Under the pieces are notes generated by a model. The model worked only from the letters and a program-made list of their open reading frames with translations, was not told the origin of the DNA and made no database searches. A stretch of DNA of 45,489 nucleotides from the NCBI GenBank assembly GCA_021432655.1, contig MU271283.1:62001-107489 (forward strand), in the 5' to 3' direction. The translations under genes and the position numbers were made by a program. Below, piece by piece: positions 42,170 to 45,489 of this stretch (the stretch's first letter is position 1; each line of letters begins with the position of its first letter). The DNA is from Atractiella rhizophila (Eukaryota).

Positions 42170-43570
42170 TCAAAGTCTCTTCAATCCCGTTCTCCGCTTA
42201 ATGACCGGTCGCAAGCCACCGATGACTCCTCCGTCCCTCCTTTCCTTCTTCAAAGCATCCGAACCACCCACCGCATCCACAAGCGTGCTAGTTAACGTCC
42301 TCTTCCTTCCCGTTCCATTCCCCACAAGTCCAGCTATGACGGTGACATTGGACATCGAAGCAGTATCCGTCATCTCCACATCCTCTCCTCCCTTTGCAAC
42401 CGGTTCTTGACTTGGGAAGGTAGACGTGTTTTCTTGACCCGGAGTTGCAACGGCAGAGGTTGGAAATGAAGAGTTGACAGGGGAGGGTATGGGAGTGAAG
42501 CCACCGGACGGTGGCCGGATAGGTACTGAAGGAGCGTTCGACAAGCCGTCCGTCTCTGATTCTGACGTGCCTATCCCATTCCCGGCTGGAGCGACGAGAG
42601 GTTGTCCAGAAGTTGAACGTTCCCGTCGCCTCATGGTTGAAATGGGTGATGAAGCACCGTTTTCGATGGATGTTGTGAGAGATAGGGAGGTGGGAGCATC
42701 TTTGGGTAATGGTGGGAAGGGGATGGGAGATGCGCCGCGCTTCTTCTTGTGAGATGTTGGGGGTGGGACTAAAGGAGCTATGCTTGTACTTGTTGCCGGC
42801 ATCGAACTGGTTGCTGATGTGGAAGCGGAGGTGGAAGCTGAAGCAGATGTAGACGTATCTACACGATCCTTGACTCGACGAAACTCGACCGGTTTCTCCT
42901 TCGGGATCGCGTTGATGCTCGTAAACATCCTCGCTCTACCGACGAAAGCGTCCCAGTCTTCGAGCATGAGTCTGCCCGCATCTTCGTTGAGCGCCGATTC
43001 CGCATTGGGGCAGAACATCAGGCCCTTGATGTTTATGAGCACGTCTGCAATCGTGAGCGTAGACTTCCAGTCCTTCTTCAACGTCGAGACGCATATCGCT
43101 CCATCGGATGGAGAGACATTGGGGTGCATGATCTTGGTCCGGAAGAACCCTGTCAGATTAAGGTAAGTAGAAATTCATTCAACATGGAGGCAAGGGATCG
43201 ACTGACCTTTTGGAGGAGCGGCTGGAAAGTCGTCTCCGAATTGGAATGATATTTTGAAGAAGCCACCTGTCGACATGCAAAAAAGGCATGAGCAGGGATT
43301 TCCACATCCAAACCCAACACGGCACATTTTGCTTCTTCAACAAAGAACGGTGCGCACCTTCGTAAGCCGTTCCTTTGGGCCCTTCCACCCAACACAACAC
43401 GTCCTCCCCCAGATTCTCATCCCATCCGTCACACACCCTTATACCCTCTGAAGGAGCGCGAGCGAGGTTGGTGAGATCACGAGCTATCTTCTTCAGCGCT
43501 GCTGCAGTTGGCTGCGTTCCGTCGATCGTCAGGTCCTAACTCAGCTGTAAAGCATAAAAACACGGACCAT
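42170..43570 (-). CDS. UBE2S: Ubiquitin-conjugating enzyme E2, UBE2S-like; first coding exon is the ATG only
   Basis: ATG|intron|PTAAALKKIARDL...EGI...WVEGPKGTAYEG/G...; HPNVSPSDGAICVSTLKKDWK (active-site Cys); PNAESALNEDAGRLMLED; basic C-terminal tail KRRTGLKRL resembling the UBE2S APC/C-binding tail. Confidence 0.88.
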
Positions 43571-43808
43571 TTCGAATATTCTTATCGGATGAGAAGTAGC
43601 GAGAGCGGGGGAGTGGCTGACAGGGCAGATGATGAGTTTCTTGGTCGCTAGAAAAGTGGCGTTCTTAAGTCACGTGTGTCGGCGACTGCCTGGTGCAGTG
43701 AGTATCAACGGGAATAGCCGCAACGATTTTATCCAGTTCCACATCGACAGCTGCATCACTTCAGCCAACTTTCGCCAGTCTTCCATCACTCCAAAGCGAC
43801 GACGAGCG
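43571..43808. promoter_or_regulatory. Compact divergent promoter shared by UBE2S and beta-COP, with an E-box GTCACGTG (CACGTG 43671-43676)
   Basis: Only 238 bp separate the two head-to-head ATGs, and the E-box lies near the middle. Confidence 0.55.
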
Positions 43809-45489
43809 ATGGAGCAGCCAATCCACTTCCTCATATCCGACAGCTTCCTCTCCTCCCTCTCCTCCTCCTCAGGCGGCGGCCTCTCCGACTCGCCCTCCAC
43901 CTCTGACCTCCGCTCAGCCCTCCAAAAGGGCCCAGACTCCCTCCGCGTGCTCGCCCTCAAGCATCTCATCCTCCAGACACTCTCAGGGTCGAGCAATACC
44001 TCAGGGTTGCTTATGCCAGTCATCCAATATGTCTTGCCGTCGAAGAGCAAGCAGCTGAAGAAGCTCGTGCACTTTTACTGGGAAGTCTGCCCGAAATATG
44101 AGGATGGGAAAGAAGGAACACTGAGACAGGAAATGATCCTCGTTTGTAATGCTATCAGGAACGATCTGCAGCACCCGAACGAGTACATAAGAGGGGCTAC
44201 GTTGAGGTTTTTGCAGAAGATTAGGGAGGTTGAGCTGCTCGAACCTCTCGTTCCCACAGCCAGGGCTTGTCTCGTGCGTATCCCATCATTTTATCCGCTC
44301 AAACGTTGCAAAGGGAGGTGCGTTGAGACGGTTTAAACGCAGGAACATCGACATCAATACGTCCGCAAAAACGCCATCTTTGCAATCTTTTCCATCTACA
44401 AAGTAGCGGAACACCTCGTACCCGATGCCGCAGAACTGTTAGAAACCTTCCTAGCCGCTGTCCGTCATTTCATTTCCTTCCTTGTCCTTCCACGTTGATC
44501 GAAGACGGAGCAGGAAAGTGATCCTACCTGTCTGAGAAACGCCTTCGTTGCGCTGTCCACGATCTCACCCCCGACCGCCCTTCAATGGCTCAAATCCAAT
44601 CTGGACAGTGTACGCTTCTTTCCTATCACTCTCATGTACCTTAGTTGGATGTTGATCAATGTTGTCGATGCTAGGTCGCGGGCATGGACGAGGTCCTGCA
44701 ACTTTCCATCGTCGAGGTTATTCGGAAGGAAGGACCGCGAGTCTCCGCCGCCGACAAGGTATGCAGACCTTCTCCTTCCCCATTCCAAGGGAGTGAATGC
44801 TCAAAGGACGTTGTGGTCGCAAGGCGAAATACATCCGTCTCGCCCTCGAGCTTCTCTCTTCCAACTCCCGAGGCGTGAAATACGAAGCAGCGACCACATT
44901 GACCGGACTGACAGGGAACCCATCCGCCGTCCAAGGTTCGTGTCATCGCTTCGAATACATTGTAACTGCTCATGGAATAGCGTAGCTGCGGCTAACTGTT
45001 ATATATCGCTCATCACGAAGGAGAGCGACAACAATGTCAAGCTCATCGTCCTCGAGCGATTGGATGCCCTTCGCGAACGATTTGAAGGCGAGGGAGTCTT
45101 GGAAGCGCTCGTCGTCGATTTACTCGCCGTCTTGAGCTCGTGAGCTTTTCCCGCTACTCTCTCCTTCCTGATGTGAATGGGAGACTGATGTTGGTTGGTT
45201 GGAAGGACGGATTTGGAGGTCAAGAAGAAGGCTTTGGAGATGGGCATGAAACTTGTTAATAGTAGGAATGTGGAAGAGGTCGTGGGAGTCTTGAAGAAGG
45301 AGTTGTCGAAACCGATGGAGAATGATAAGGTCTGTCTCTCCGTCCCTCACTCTTGCTATATCCTTTGGATGGTTTCTGGATAAGGTGGCTGAATAGAGGG
45401 AGTAGAACAACGAATACCGTCAACTTTTGATTTCCACGATTCACTCTCTCTCCCTCTCTCACCCTTCGATCGCCTCATCGACCATATTC
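43809..45489 (+). CDS. SEC26: Coatomer subunit beta (beta-COP), 5' part; runs off the window end
   Basis: DLRSALQKG...[30 protein letters not shown]...[76 protein letters not shown]. Confidence 0.96.

Overview
Gene-dense eukaryotic DNA with short GT-AG introns (mostly about 40-70 nt) and CTAAC/CTGAT-type branch sites. It looks fungal and most likely basidiomycete (inference from intron style and gene content). About 16 protein genes are visible: MEMO1 (first exon not found), a Ser/Pro-rich membrane protein, a possible RecA-fold protein, a dienelactone hydrolase, a cold-shock-domain protein, a PX-domain AGC kinase, AP-3 delta, a SnoaL-like/DLH-annotated protein, a large protein ending in an intron-split VEFS-box (SUZ12-like) domain, FIP1, an F-box protein, Byr4/Bfa1, a SNF2 ATPase with a PHD/C5HCH-like tail, UBE2S and the 5' part of beta-COP. 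Best leads: (1) the VEFS-box domain, visible only after splicing three introns; (2) the intron-split cold-shock domain; (3) two oversized, base-paired introns, one in AP-3 delta (H/ACA-snoRNA-like) and one in FIP1 (hairpins plus a sense AATAAA); (4) three tandem duplications (548, 216 and exactly 2000 bp), each with an A at the junction, plus three 1-nt frameshifts in G-runs, which together point to assembly artefacts. All family calls come from reading motifs by eye; no database searches were run.
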